A stretch of DNA of 32,000 bases from Patescibacteria group bacterium (GTDB lineage Bacteria > Patescibacteriota > Minisyncoccia > RBG-13-40-8-A): NCBI GenBank assembly GCA_049322295.1, contig JBMORO010000040.1:33960-65959 (forward strand). Direction: 5' to 3'. Position 1 is the first letter of the stretch. Every line of letters starts with the position of its first letter. Below the pieces are notes generated by a model that ran no database searches, was not told the DNA's origin, and saw only the letters and a list, made by a program, of their open reading frames with translations. Shown one piece after another: positions 14,723-23,687 of the stretch. Both the position numbers and the translations under genes were made by a program.

Positions 14723-15993
14723 ATAAATCCAATTATTAAAATATAATAACCTATTAAAAATAACCAATGTACGTTTTTAATTTCCTTGGCCGACCAAGGA
14801 ATTTTGGAAAGTAAATCTATGGCCCGGATAACATAAGTAAAACCCAAATAAACCGGCCATAAAATAATCTTTGCCAAGAATGACCAGATAACTGCCGAAC
14901 CAATAAAAATAAAACCCAAAATAGTTAAAAAATAAATTGTCGGCACAATCAGAATATTGGCAATTGGTGAAATAAAAGAAATTCTGCCAAAATTGTAAAT
15001 CAAAACCCCCAAAACCGCGATTTGGGCAGCTAAAGTAGTGGTAATTATTTCCAAAAGCCAACCAATTTCCTCAATTTTTCTTAATTTTTCCAGCCATTCA
15101 TCCAAAATCGGTTTAATGTAAATCAAACCAAAAACCGCTAAAAAAGATAACTGGAAACCAACATCATATCTTAAAAGTAATGGATTAAAAATCAACATTA
15201 TTGCGCCAGCAAAAATCATAATCCGAGTGGCATTACTTAGCCGACCGATTTTTTGCGCGTAGAGCAGAAGGGCGCCCATAATCCCAGCCCGAATCGCAGA
15301 AGCAGGCGCGCCAACCATAATAATAAAAAGAAAAATCAAAACCAAAACAAACCAAAATGCCTGCTTACGCCACATTCCCAATCCGATTAAAACAAACATC
15401 AAAATCTCAGAAATAATCACAATATTCATTCCCGAAATTGCCACAATATGACTGGTGCCAGTAATACTTAATTCATTTTTTATTTCTTCGGAATATATCT
15501 GTTTATTGCCTAAAATTATCCCCTCTAAAAGCGATATTTCAGGAAAAGGCATAATTTTTTCTATTTTTTCAGTTATTTTATTTTTAAATTTTAAAATTGC
15601 CGAATAAATAAAAAATCCTTTGTTTCTTTCTAAAATTTCAATTTGCGGATAATACATTACTGAATAGATGTCTTCTTTGGCTAAGTAGTTTTTGTAGTTA
15701 AATTCCTCAAATACAGCTGGCGTCTTTAATTTGCCTTTAATTTTTAAAACATCACCATAAAAATATTCTGGATAATTTTCCGTGGTTACTAGAACTTTCC
15801 CCTCCTCCGTTTTTATTATCAGTTTGGTGTTATTGGATTTTATTTCTGGTTCTTTAACAACCTTGCCAACAAAAACACCCCCATCTTTCTCAGAAAGGTG
15901 AGGGTTATTTTTCTCAATCAATCCCGGCGACCCCAAAAACACCACTACAATAAATATCAAACAGATAACGAGAAAAATATTAGAAATTTTCAT
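14686..15993 (-). CDS. comEC: ComEC/Rec2 N-terminal part: OB-fold (DUF4131-like) plus polytopic competence channel domain
   Basis: 435 aa with an N-terminal TM, a soluble domain and then ~9 TM segments (SHIVAISGMNIVII..., typical of the competence domain). The start overlaps the nrdG stop by 4 nt. Confidence 0.85.
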   Translation of the reverse strand: MKISNIFLVICLIFIVVVFLGSPGLIEKNNPHLSEKDGGVFVGKVVKEPEIKSNNTKLIIKTEEGKVLVTTENYPEYFYGDVLKIKGKLKTPAVFEEFNYKNYLAKEDIYSVMYYPQIEILERNKGFFIYSAILKFKNKITEKIEKIMPFPEISLLEGIILGNKQIYSEEIKNELSITGTSHIVAISGMNIVIISEILMFVLIGLGMWRKQAFWFVLVLIFLFIIMVGAPASAIRAGIMGALLLYAQKIGRLSNATRIMIFAGAIMLIFNPLLLRYDVGFQLSFLAVFGLIYIKPILDEWLEKLRKIEEIGWLLEIITTTLAAQIAVLGVLIYNFGRISFISPIANILIVPTIYFLTILGFIFIGSAVIWSFLAKIILWPVYLGFTYVIRAIDLLSKIPWSAKEIKNVHWLFLIGYYILIIGFIWLYKRNKKLVY

Positions 15994-16688
15994 ATTCTCA
16001 ACTCTATTCTCTCAATATATTTTTCCAAAATTTTTTTAAATTCTTTTAAGGTTCCTTCGGGATAGGGCTGGATTTTTTCGAATGACTTGTCTAAAACTTT
16101 TTTATTTTGAAATTGTTGAAGAGCGAAATTTTTTGCGCCCTTCAACCATTCACCCATTCTTTCAACATCTTCTTTTCCCACTAAACCCGGCACTATGGTT
16201 GTCCGAAATTCATAATCTATTCCGCTATTTTTTATAATTTCCGCACTCTTTTTTATTTTTTCCAAATCAACTTTCACTCCTGTTGCTAGGTCATATTTTG
16301 ACCAACTGGTTTTTATATCCATAGAAATGAAATCTAATAATTTAGATTTAATCAGCTTTTCTAAAACTTCCGGATTGCTGCCATTAGTGTCTAATTTTAT
16401 CAAAAATCCTTTTTGTTTAATTTTTTTGATAAAATCAATTAAATCTTTATGAATTGTCGGCTCGCCTCCGGTAATACAAACTCCGTCAATTAATCCTTTT
16501 CTCTGGTCTAAAAAATTAGAAAATTCTTTTTCGGAAATCTCTGGCTGTTTTTTTATTTCGTCCGGATCCACTAACTCTGGATTCTGGCAAAAAGGACATC
16601 TAAAATTACAGCCAATTAAAAAAACAGTGGCCACAACTTTTCCCGGATAATCAACGAGAGTAAGTTTTTGCAAACCACCGATTAACAT
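15990..16688 (-). CDS. nrdG: Anaerobic ribonucleoside-triphosphate reductase activating protein (radical SAM)
   Basis: 232 aa with the CNFRCPFCQN (CxxxCxxC) cluster and GGEPT. It lies immediately downstream of nrdD. Confidence 0.9.
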   Translation of the reverse strand: MLIGGLQKLTLVDYPGKVVATVFLIGCNFRCPFCQNPELVDPDEIKKQPEISEKEFSNFLDQRKGLIDGVCITGGEPTIHKDLIDFIKKIKQKGFLIKLDTNGSNPEVLEKLIKSKLLDFISMDIKTSWSKYDLATGVKVDLEKIKKSAEIIKNSGIDYEFRTTIVPGLVGKEDVERMGEWLKGAKNFALQQFQNKKVLDKSFEKIQPYPEGTLKEFKKILEKYIERIELRI

Positions 16689-16700
16689 AGGGCTACTAAA

Positions 16701-18815
16701 TTATGATTTAACTCTAAACTCTAATCTATCTTTAAATTCTTGTTGCTTGCCTTTGTTCCATTGCTGGACTGGCCTAAGATACCCAACTATACGCGAATAG
16801 ACCTCACACGGCTGTTCAATTGTGCATTTAGGACAAGTAAAATGTTCGCCGGAAATATAGCCGTGATTAGGGCAGATGCTAAATGTGGGAGTAATGGTAA
16901 CATAGGGAAGATGGAATTTCTCAAAAATCTTTTTAATCAACTTCTTAACTGCTTTAATATCGGAAATCCTTTCCCCCAAAAAAAGATGAAGCACCGTGCC
17001 TCCAGTATAACGCGATTGAAGTTCATCTTGAAGTTCTAAAGATTTGAAAATGTCATCAGTATAGTAAACTGGCAATTGAGTAGAATTAGTGTAATAAGAC
17101 ACTTTTTTTGTTCCGGTAGTAATTATATCTGGATATCTTTCTTTGTCTTTCAAGGCTAATCTGTAAGCAGTCGACTCGGCTGGAGTGGCTTCTAAATTAT
17201 AAAGATTGCCAGTTTCTTTTTGATATTCCACTAATCTCTCGCGCATAAAATCTAAAATTTCAATGGCAAACCTCCTTCCTCTTTTAGAAGCAATATTTTC
17301 TCCAATAAAATTAAGCAGGGCTTCATTCATTCCAAGCAAACCAATGGTAGAAAAGTGATTACCAAAATACTGACTGCGCATTTTCTTTATTCCTTCTAAA
17401 TAATATCTGGAATAAGGATAAAGTCCTTTGGTCATAAAATTTTCTAAGGCTTTTCTTTTAATCTCCAAACTGTCCTTAGCCAAGTCCATTACTTGTCTCA
17501 ATCTTTCAAAGAATTCCCTTTTAGTTTTGGAAAGATAGCCTATGCGTGGTAAATTAATCGTCACTACACCAATACTGCCAGTAAGAGGGTAAGAGCCAAA
17601 AAGTCCACCCCCACGTTTATAAAGTTCTTTGTTTGATAATCTTAAACGACAACACATTGACCTTACATCCTCGGGTTTCATATCCGAATGAATAAAATTA
17701 GCAAAATAATTTACTCCATATTTAGCTGTTGCTTCCCAAAGAGGATCAAGATTGGGATCTTCCCAATCAAAATCCTTGGTAATATTGACTGTAGGGATGG
17801 GAAAAGTAAATGGCCTCCCCCGGGCATCGCCTTCCATCAAGCCTTCATAAAATGCCCGATTAAATATATTCATTTCTTTTTGGAATTCCCCATAAGTTTC
17901 TTTTTGAGGCTGACCACCAATAATTACTGGCTGATTAGCTAAGGTTGGCGAGGGTTTAATATCCACGGTAACATTTACAAAAGGAGTCTGAAAACCCACG
18001 CGCGTGGGAATGGCACAATTAAATAAAAATTCCTGAATTGCCTGCTTTACTTGAGAATAATTTAAATGGTCATATCTAATAAAAGGAGCAAGCAAGGTAT
18101 CAAAAGAAGAAACCGCTTGCGCCCCAGCACTCTCTCCCTGAAGAGTATAGAAAAAATTAACCAATTGCCCTAAGGCAGAACGGAAGTGTTTAGCTGGCTT
18201 TGATTCTACTTTCCCAAAAACTCCACCAAAACCCTTTAGAAGTAAATCATAAAGGTCCCAACCACAACAATAAGTAGCTAAAGTATCTAAATTATGGATG
18301 TGCAAATCTCCTGCTCTTACCGCTTCTCTAATTGCTTCAGGATAAATCCTATTTAGCCAGTATTTTTTTATAATATAAGTTACTCCATAATGATTAAATC
18401 CCTGGAGAGAAAAAGCCATATTAGCATTTTCCTGAACTTCCCAATCCAATTTCTCCAAATACTGATCAACTCTATCTACTGCCTCTTCGGCTACTTTCAC
18501 TGCTTCTCTTATTCTTCTTCTTTGCTCTCGATATAAAATATAGGCCTTGGCAGTCTCTACCAGGCCTTCTAAAATTAAAACTTCTTCAACAATATCCTGA
18601 ATTTCTTCAACGGTGGGAATTTCTTGGGCTTTAAAGCGACGGTTCAAAATTTGAATCACTCGATTAGAAAGAGATTTTGACTTTCTTCCGTCTCCTTGAT
18701 TAGTAGCAGTTAAAGCTTTGAAAATCGCGTTAGTAATTTTCCCTTGATCAAAATCAACTATTCGGCCGTCTCTTTTTCTAATTTTAGTAAATTTATTTTT
18801 CATAATAAAAATCAT
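16701..18815 (-). CDS. nrdD: Anaerobic (class III) ribonucleoside-triphosphate reductase
   Basis: 704 aa with an N-terminal ATP-cone (KIRKRDGRIVDFDQGKITNAI) and a C-terminal Zn site (CPNHGY...CPKC). The glycyl-radical motif is SRIVGYLRPV. Confidence 0.95.
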   Translation of the reverse strand: MIFIMKNKFTKIRKRDGRIVDFDQGKITNAIFKALTATNQGDGRKSKSLSNRVIQILNRRFKAQEIPTVEEIQDIVEEVLILEGLVETAKAYILYREQRRRIREAVKVAEEAVDRVDQYLEKLDWEVQENANMAFSLQGFNHYGVTYIIKKYWLNRIYPEAIREAVRAGDLHIHNLDTLATYCCGWDLYDLLLKGFGGVFGKVESKPAKHFRSALGQLVNFFYTLQGESAGAQAVSSFDTLLAPFIRYDHLNYSQVKQAIQEFLFNCAIPTRVGFQTPFVNVTVDIKPSPTLANQPVIIGGQPQKETYGEFQKEMNIFNRAFYEGLMEGDARGRPFTFPIPTVNITKDFDWEDPNLDPLWEATAKYGVNYFANFIHSDMKPEDVRSMCCRLRLSNKELYKRGGGLFGSYPLTGSIGVVTINLPRIGYLSKTKREFFERLRQVMDLAKDSLEIKRKALENFMTKGLYPYSRYYLEGIKKMRSQYFGNHFSTIGLLGMNEALLNFIGENIASKRGRRFAIEILDFMRERLVEYQKETGNLYNLEATPAESTAYRLALKDKERYPDIITTGTKKVSYYTNSTQLPVYYTDDIFKSLELQDELQSRYTGGTVLHLFLGERISDIKAVKKLIKKIFEKFHLPYVTITPTFSICPNHGYISGEHFTCPKCTIEQPCEVYSRIVGYLRPVQQWNKGKQQEFKDRLEFRVKS

Positions 18816-18827
18816 TGTTAATATTTA

Positions 18828-18856
18828 ATTTTAATCAAAATAAAAAACTCGGTCAA
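18828..18856 (-). promoter_or_regulatory. Putative nrdDG-comEC promoter (TTGACC-N17-TAAAAT)
   Basis: Minus-sense TTGACC GAGTTTTTTATTTTGAT TAAAAT, followed by 12 nt and then the first ATG (18815). Confidence 0.5.
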
Positions 18857-18879
18857 ATTTTTTAACAAACCAACAATTA

Positions 18880-19001
18880 AGAAAAACCCAAAGTTTATAT
18901 TTGTATTAAGGGGGAAAGTCATTATTGTTTGTAATATAAATAAAATAAGGGGGGTGTAGGGTCTCCCCCTTATTGGACAAATATAGGCTTTGGGTTTTTC
19001 T
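18880..19001. repeat. 25-nt inverted repeat pair bracketing the htrA terminator
   Basis: AGAAAAACCCAAAGTTTATATTTGT (18880-18904) matches the reverse complement of ACAAATATAGGCTTTGGGTTTTTCT (18977-19001) with 2 mismatches. The right arm abuts the htrA stop (19003). Confidence 0.6.
18944..18973 (-). terminator. Rho-independent terminator of htrA
   Basis: Minus-sense AAUAAGGGGG-AGACCCUACAC-CCCCCUUAUU is followed by UUAUUUAUAUU. Confidence 0.7.
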
Positions 19002-19002
19002 G

Positions 19003-20202
19003 CTATCTCATTTCTCCTAACACAGCCTTAACTACAATCTCTTTATCATCCCTTAAAATCTTCAAATTAACCTTATCACCTGGTCTGTGTTTAGAAATTA
19101 ATTTTGCTAAAGTATTATTCTCATTTATTCTTGTTCCATTTAGCTCCAAAATAATATCCCCTTCTTTAATACCAGCTTTATCAGCTGCGCTATCGGGAAC
19201 AATGGCTGGCTCATCTGGATTGTCTCCTCTGCTAATAAGGGCCCCGTAATCAACTGGCAATTTATTGCTCTCAGCAATTGCTTTGTTAACTAAAATATAG
19301 CGAACACCTAAAAATGCATAAATTATCCTCCCTTTAGTTTCAATATCAGCGATATCTCTCTTTACTTTATTTATAGGAATAGCAAAACCAATATTTTCTG
19401 CTTCGGTAGCTACAGCTGTATTCATCCCAATCACTTCCCCATAAAGATTTAAAAGCGGACCACCGGAATTACCCGGATTAATTGCCGCGTCAGTTTGAAT
19501 TATATCTTCTAATTGTTCACTGATTCCGCCTCCACTGGCTGTTATTGTCCGCAAAAGTCCAGAAATTATGCCAGAACTTACTGTGTTTCTAAATTGACCT
19601 AAGGCATTGCCAATAGCAATTACGGTTTGACCAATCTCTAAATTATCAGAATCACCTAATTTAACCACTGGAAGATTAGATGCCTCTATTTTAACAATAC
19701 CAATATCTTGAACTGGGTCACGAGCTAAAATTGTGGCCTTATACCTATTTCCATCATTGGTTAAAACCGTATATTCCGCCTCATCATCTAAAACCACATG
19801 TTTGTTAGTAGCTATTAAGCCATTAGAAGAAACGATGAAACCTGTGCCCGCTCCTACTTCTCTTAATTCTTTTCCTTTTTCCTGAATTATAGGAATTCTG
19901 ATATCAAAAGGACTATTTTCGCCAAAAGGATTATAATAACCCTGTTCATAAACAGGCACATATTTACTAATAATAATACTTACCACTGCTGGCGAAGCTT
20001 CTTTTACAACCTGGGGAATGGTTTCTGGCAGTTGAACCTGTTTTTCTTTTGATAATTCTTTATATAATAACTGACCAAAATAAACCGAGGGGATTAAACC
20101 GCCAAGCAAACCAAAAATAAAAGAGACAATAATAATCCAAAAAATAGGTTTCTTTAAAAACCTAAATTTTAAATCTGATCTATAAAAATAAAATGACTTC
20201 AC
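19003..20202 (-). CDS. htrA: HtrA/DegP-family serine protease (trypsin-like domain plus PDZ)
   Basis: It has an N-terminal TM, the catalytic regions TNKHVV, D and GNSGGPLLN, and a C-terminal PDZ domain (GIKEGDIILELNG). The maximal ORF reaches an ATG at 20223 inside element A3. I favour GTG at 20202 (MKSFYFYRSD...), as explained in the findings. Confidence 0.92.
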   Translation of the reverse strand: MKSFYFYRSDLKFRFLKKPIFWIIIVSFIFGLLGGLIPSVYFGQLLYKELSKEKQVQLPETIPQVVKEASPAVVSIIISKYVPVYEQGYYNPFGENSPFDIRIPIIQEKGKELREVGAGTGFIVSSNGLIATNKHVVLDDEAEYTVLTNDGNRYKATILARDPVQDIGIVKIEASNLPVVKLGDSDNLEIGQTVIAIGNALGQFRNTVSSGIISGLLRTITASGGGISEQLEDIIQTDAAINPGNSGGPLLNLYGEVIGMNTAVATEAENIGFAIPINKVKRDIADIETKGRIIYAFLGVRYILVNKAIAESNKLPVDYGALISRGDNPDEPAIVPDSAADKAGIKEGDIILELNGTRINENNTLAKLISKHRPGDKVNLKILRDDKEIVVKAVLGEMR

Positions 20203-20341
20203 CCCGTACCGAAACTTCGACATTTATACATCGAACATCGAGGTCTCTAAAATTAATAATTATTGTATATCAATTATTTTATTCTTGCCCCCGTACTTTC
20301 GTCCCGACTAAAGTCGGGGCAGTCGAAGTTCTGGTACGGGG
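20202..20341 (-). mobile_element. Family A MITE-like element, copy 3 (140 bp) between the last minor pilin stop and the htrA start
   Basis: TIRs are CCCCGTACCGAAACTTCGAC (20202-20221) and GTCGAAGTTCTGGTACGGGG (20322-20341). Direct TTCA repeats lie at 20198-20201 and 20342-20345. Confidence 0.7.
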
Positions 20342-20347
20342 TTCATC

Positions 20348-20695
20348 TTAGAAAGAAACTTCTATTGAACGTTTAGTGTTTTTATAACAGCCAATTGATT
20401 TAAGATTAACACTATCACCAGTCCTACTAACCCCAACCCCGTAATAACTACCATTAGTTAAAGAAACTGAGCATTCGGCACGACTCTGGGCGCCAGTTTG
20501 TTGCCATTCCTCAAATAATGCCCGCTCCACTCCTGTCTCAGCTGCATAGTAAGCAATTAAAGAAGCTGGGAGGTCTCTTACTAATTTTATTTCACCTAAA
20601 CTTAATCTTGCTATTCCAATAGCCATACTCAAAAGAGCAGCCATTACTAAAAGCGTTAAAAGAAGAGCAGCGCTTTTTTGGTTGGTGATTTTCAT
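20348..20695 (-). CDS. PilX-like minor pilin / pseudopilin (no canonical G/F cleavage motif)
   Basis: 115 aa with the hydrophobic N-terminus SAALLLTLLVMAALLSMAIGIARLS. It is the last of four consecutive pilin-like genes and overlaps the upstream gene by 4 nt. Confidence 0.6.
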   Translation of the reverse strand: MKITNQKSAALLLTLLVMAALLSMAIGIARLSLGEIKLVRDLPASLIAYYAAETGVERALFEEWQQTGAQSRAECSVSLTNGSYYGVGVSRTGDSVNLKSIGCYKNTKRSIEVSF

Positions 20696-21204
20696 AATTC
20701 AAGATTATGTTGAGTAAGAGTGGTCTGAAGTTCAGCTATAGCTCTTTCTCCTGGTCTCTGACCAGTTGTTTCTACTTTTATTACCACGGTTACTCTAGGT
20801 TGTTGATTATCGCCTATACCAATACCTATAGTATAAAAACGACCAGTTACTCTTACGTCATTAGAATTTAAAGGCCCGCTACTTGAAGGAACTCCGCTTA
20901 CTGTTCTTTGAAGGGAGCCATTATAAAAACTATAACTAACTTGTTGATCATCGGCTCGGGTAATATTTAAAGTATAATAGTTAGGATTCCCAGTAATTGT
21001 TCCCATTCTCATCTCTTTGGCAATAAAGCCCAATAAAAACATAGCATTGCCTTGGACGTTCTGTTGAGCAATAATTTTTCTTTGACCACCAATAGCAGTT
21101 AAAAATAAACTTAAAACTACCGAAACCACAATCACAAAAGCTGATATAGCCACAATTGCTTCAATTAAACTAAGCCCTTTTTGATTTTTTAGTATTCTTT
21201 TCAT
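20692..21204 (-). CDS. Type IV minor pilin (PilW/GspJ-like)
   Basis: 170 aa. MKRILKNQKG/LSLIEAIVAISAFVIVV is a prepilin-type N-terminus with the conserved Glu5. Confidence 0.7.
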   Translation of the reverse strand: MKRILKNQKGLSLIEAIVAISAFVIVVSVVLSLFLTAIGGQRKIIAQQNVQGNAMFLLGFIAKEMRMGTITGNPNYYTLNITRADDQQVSYSFYNGSLQRTVSGVPSSSGPLNSNDVRVTGRFYTIGIGIGDNQQPRVTVVIKVETTGQRPGERAIAELQTTLTQHNLEL

Positions 21205-21213
21205 AAAAAAGCT

Positions 21214-21729
21214 CTACTTAAACCAATTAAAGAAATGGGTTTGAACGCTTACTGTATTATTCTTTCCTTTTTCTGACCAAGTTACTTCGGAAGTAACTCT
21301 AATTTCATCAGCGCTTAGATTTTCGATAATTATTCTTCTTCGAAAGGGGGTCTGGGTTCCTGAACCATACTGATAAAAACCATTAGTGTCTTTAGACAAA
21401 GTGGGGTTTTCAGAAAGAGAAAGAAGCTCTGGAGAGTTATATTGGGCTCGGTAAGTTCCAGCTGCTAAACCAGTGGTCCAACGCCAACTCTCTCCTTGCT
21501 CAATCTCGCTTCTGTAACGCATCCAATTGCTGTCTCTAATATTTCTAACAATCTCTATTCCCTCTTGGGCTAAATTAACCGCTATAACCCTAGATTTGGC
21601 TGGGGTAAGGCCAGAAATGCTAAAAGAAATTAAACCAATTAAACCAACTAAGGCAGTTACAATAACTGCTATAGCCACAATTACCTCTATCAGGGTGAAT
21701 CCCCTTTTCTCTATTACTATTTGTTTCAT
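21214..21729 (-). CDS. Type IV minor pilin (PilV/GspI-like)
   Basis: 171 aa. MKQIVIEKRG/FTLIEVIVAIAVIV is a prepilin N-methylation motif. Confidence 0.75.
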   Translation of the reverse strand: MKQIVIEKRGFTLIEVIVAIAVIVTALVGLIGLISFSISGLTPAKSRVIAVNLAQEGIEIVRNIRDSNWMRYRSEIEQGESWRWTTGLAAGTYRAQYNSPELLSLSENPTLSKDTNGFYQYGSGTQTPFRRRIIIENLSADEIRVTSEVTWSEKGKNNTVSVQTHFFNWFK

Positions 21730-21733
21730 GTTC

Positions 21734-22300
21734 CTAATCTATACTTATCTCGCCTGTTTTTTTAATTATGATATTTTTGCAATTAGCTGAGGGGCAGCTG
21801 GCCCCGGTCTTTTTTATAACAATAGTAGCTGAACTAGCTTGAGGGTTAATATTTGTGAAACCATCGGGTAAAGAAAAGGCGATATCAAGATCTTGGGGAC
21901 TTGAGGAAAGAGAATGAATTACAATCCCGGGCTCTATAGAAATTGATTGAACAATTAAATCATCAGCAGATGGGGTTTGGTAAGTATTATTATTATTCCT
22001 ATCACAAAAAATAATATAAGAATTTATTGTTCCGCTATCAAAATTGACACCGAATGAACTATTGGGTATCTGACCATCGCTACAATTTCTTCCGGATAAG
22101 GCCATTTCTTGAACTTTTCTAATATTCTGGACAATTTCCTGGGCTGCTCTTTGAAGTTGAGATCGATTCTCGTTCTTTCGCCAATTCACTATCAAAATTG
22201 TAGAAATTATACCAATTATAAAAACAACCACCAACATCTCAATGAGGGTGAATCCCGATTTATTAGTAAGCTTGAATCTTCGGGATATTGTCTTTTTCAT
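21734..22300 (-). CDS. Type IV minor pilin (FimT/GspH-like)
   Basis: 188 aa. ...TNKSG/FTLIEMLVVVFIIGII is a prepilin motif. Confidence 0.75.
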   Translation of the reverse strand: MKKTISRRFKLTNKSGFTLIEMLVVVFIIGIISTILIVNWRKNENRSQLQRAAQEIVQNIRKVQEMALSGRNCSDGQIPNSSFGVNFDSGTINSYIIFCDRNNNNTYQTPSADDLIVQSISIEPGIVIHSLSSSPQDLDIAFSLPDGFTNINPQASSATIVIKKTGASCPSANCKNIIIKKTGEISID

Positions 22301-22301
22301 A

Positions 22302-23087
22302 CTAAATAAATAAATCTAGGTACCACCTTATCAAACCCACTCCTAGAAACAAAACAATAAAAGTAGCTCCGCTTAAAAATGGTCCGAAGGGAATCTCTGA
22401 TTTTAATGTCTTTTTCTTTAAAACCAACAAAATAATTGAAACAATTGCCCCAATCAAAAAAGCTAAAAACAAAACAATAAAGAATTGGGGCAAACCAAAA
22501 AATAAACTAATTAAAATTCCTATTTTTAAATCACCCATTCCCATCCATTTACCCTTAGAAATCAGAATCAAAAAGAGAAAAAAGCCAGCTGCAATAAGGG
22601 CAGCAATAATTGAAGAACTCAAAAGAGACCAATCTCCAACCATCAGGGATATATAAATATCATAGATTAGAGTAATAACAATGGCTGGATAGATTATTTT
22701 ATCAGGAACTAAATAGTGCTTTAAATCGTAAGTAAAGATAATTATTAAAAAACAAGAAAAAATTATCAAGAAAACAATATTAATTAAGCCATAAAGAGTA
22801 AAATCTAAACCATAGGCAGCAATTAGAACAAAAATTAAACCAGTAAAAAATTCTACTAAAGGGTATTGAATAGAAATTCTCTTTTTACATCCTTTACATT
22901 TTCCTTTCTGGATTAAAAAACTAAGAATTGGAATAAGTTCAAACCAATTCAGTTTCTTTTTACAATAGGGACAAGAGGAGCGACCCTTAAAAATTGACTC
23001 CCTGGTTTCAGAACGGATAACCACCACATTTAAGAAACTACCAACTAAAGTCCCTAAAATGAAAAATAAAATATAAACTAAGACCAT
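22302..23087 (-). CDS. pilD: Prepilin peptidase (A24 family) with N-terminal Cys4 region
   Basis: 261 aa and polytopic, with CPYC...CKGC, YPLVE and the catalytic-Asp context GMGDLKI. Confidence 0.9.
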   Translation of the reverse strand: MVLVYILFFILGTLVGSFLNVVVIRSETRESIFKGRSSCPYCKKKLNWFELIPILSFLIQKGKCKGCKKRISIQYPLVEFFTGLIFVLIAAYGLDFTLYGLINIVFLIIFSCFLIIIFTYDLKHYLVPDKIIYPAIVITLIYDIYISLMVGDWSLLSSSIIAALIAAGFFLFLILISKGKWMGMGDLKIGILISLFFGLPQFFIVLFLAFLIGAIVSIILLVLKKKTLKSEIPFGPFLSGATFIVLFLGVGLIRWYLDLFI

Positions 23088-23114
23088 ATTTTAAAAATTA
23101 GCTTAACACTCTAC

Positions 23115-23137
23115 TCCTCCGACTTAACGTCGGAGGA
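23115..23137 (-). terminator. GC-rich stem-loop 3' of the major pilin gene (attenuator or mRNA stabiliser; no clear U-tract)
   Basis: TCCTCCGAC-TTAAC-GTCGGAGGA forms a 9-bp perfect stem 23 nt after the pilin stop. Confidence 0.4.
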
Positions 23138-23159
23138 ATCTGACTATTAGGCTAAATTT

Positions 23160-23618
23160 TTATGGCTGGATGCAATAGCGATAAGCGGCATCATCACAAG
23201 CACAACCGTAGGTGGTATTATCGACATCAGTGTCTAAAGCAGGATCATCCCTTTCTAACTGAGCTTTCAGAAGATAGTCAGCATTATTTGTACCAACGCT
23301 ATATTGATAGGTCTCCGTGACTCCGCCTGGATCAAGGGGAACCTTAGTCATATAGCCTCCGGTCTCAAGAGCAGTTACCATAGCTGCCCAATCATCACAG
23401 AGACCATTAGCGGTGCCAGGATAACCAGTAGTAGTATTATCATCATAATACATCTCTAAAGCCAAAGCAATCTGACGCATATCACTAAGTCTTCGGCTAT
23501 CTCGAGCTTTTTGTCGAGCAGTGTTTAATGAGACCAAAACAATAGTAGCTAAGATGCCAATAATAGCGATAACTACTAACAATTCGATTAAAGTAAAACC
23601 TTTTGATTTCTTTCGCAT
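23160..23618 (-). CDS. pilA: Type IV major pilin candidate
   Basis: 152 aa. MRKKSKG/FTLIELLVVIAIIGILATIVLVSL has a short leader. The C-terminal Cys pair (CACDDAAYRYC) is typical of the pilin D-region. Confidence 0.88.
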   Translation of the reverse strand: MRKKSKGFTLIELLVVIAIIGILATIVLVSLNTARQKARDSRRLSDMRQIALALEMYYDDNTTTGYPGTANGLCDDWAAMVTALETGGYMTKVPLDPGGVTETYQYSVGTNNADYLLKAQLERDDPALDTDVDNTTYGCACDDAAYRYCIQP

Positions 23619-23687
23619 AGTTATTTATTAGTTATTAATTATTAAATTTTAACCAGTCGACCTTTTGTGTTTTCTAATTCTATTATA

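Noticed and set aside
18880-19001. The ACAAATATA-containing arms could be NrdR boxes upstream of nrdD.
   Set aside because: Individual arms are not the 16-bp palindromes expected of NrdR boxes as I remember the consensus. Their ~95-bp separation also does not match the usual tandem-box spacing. I kept it only as a low-probability alternative in the findings.
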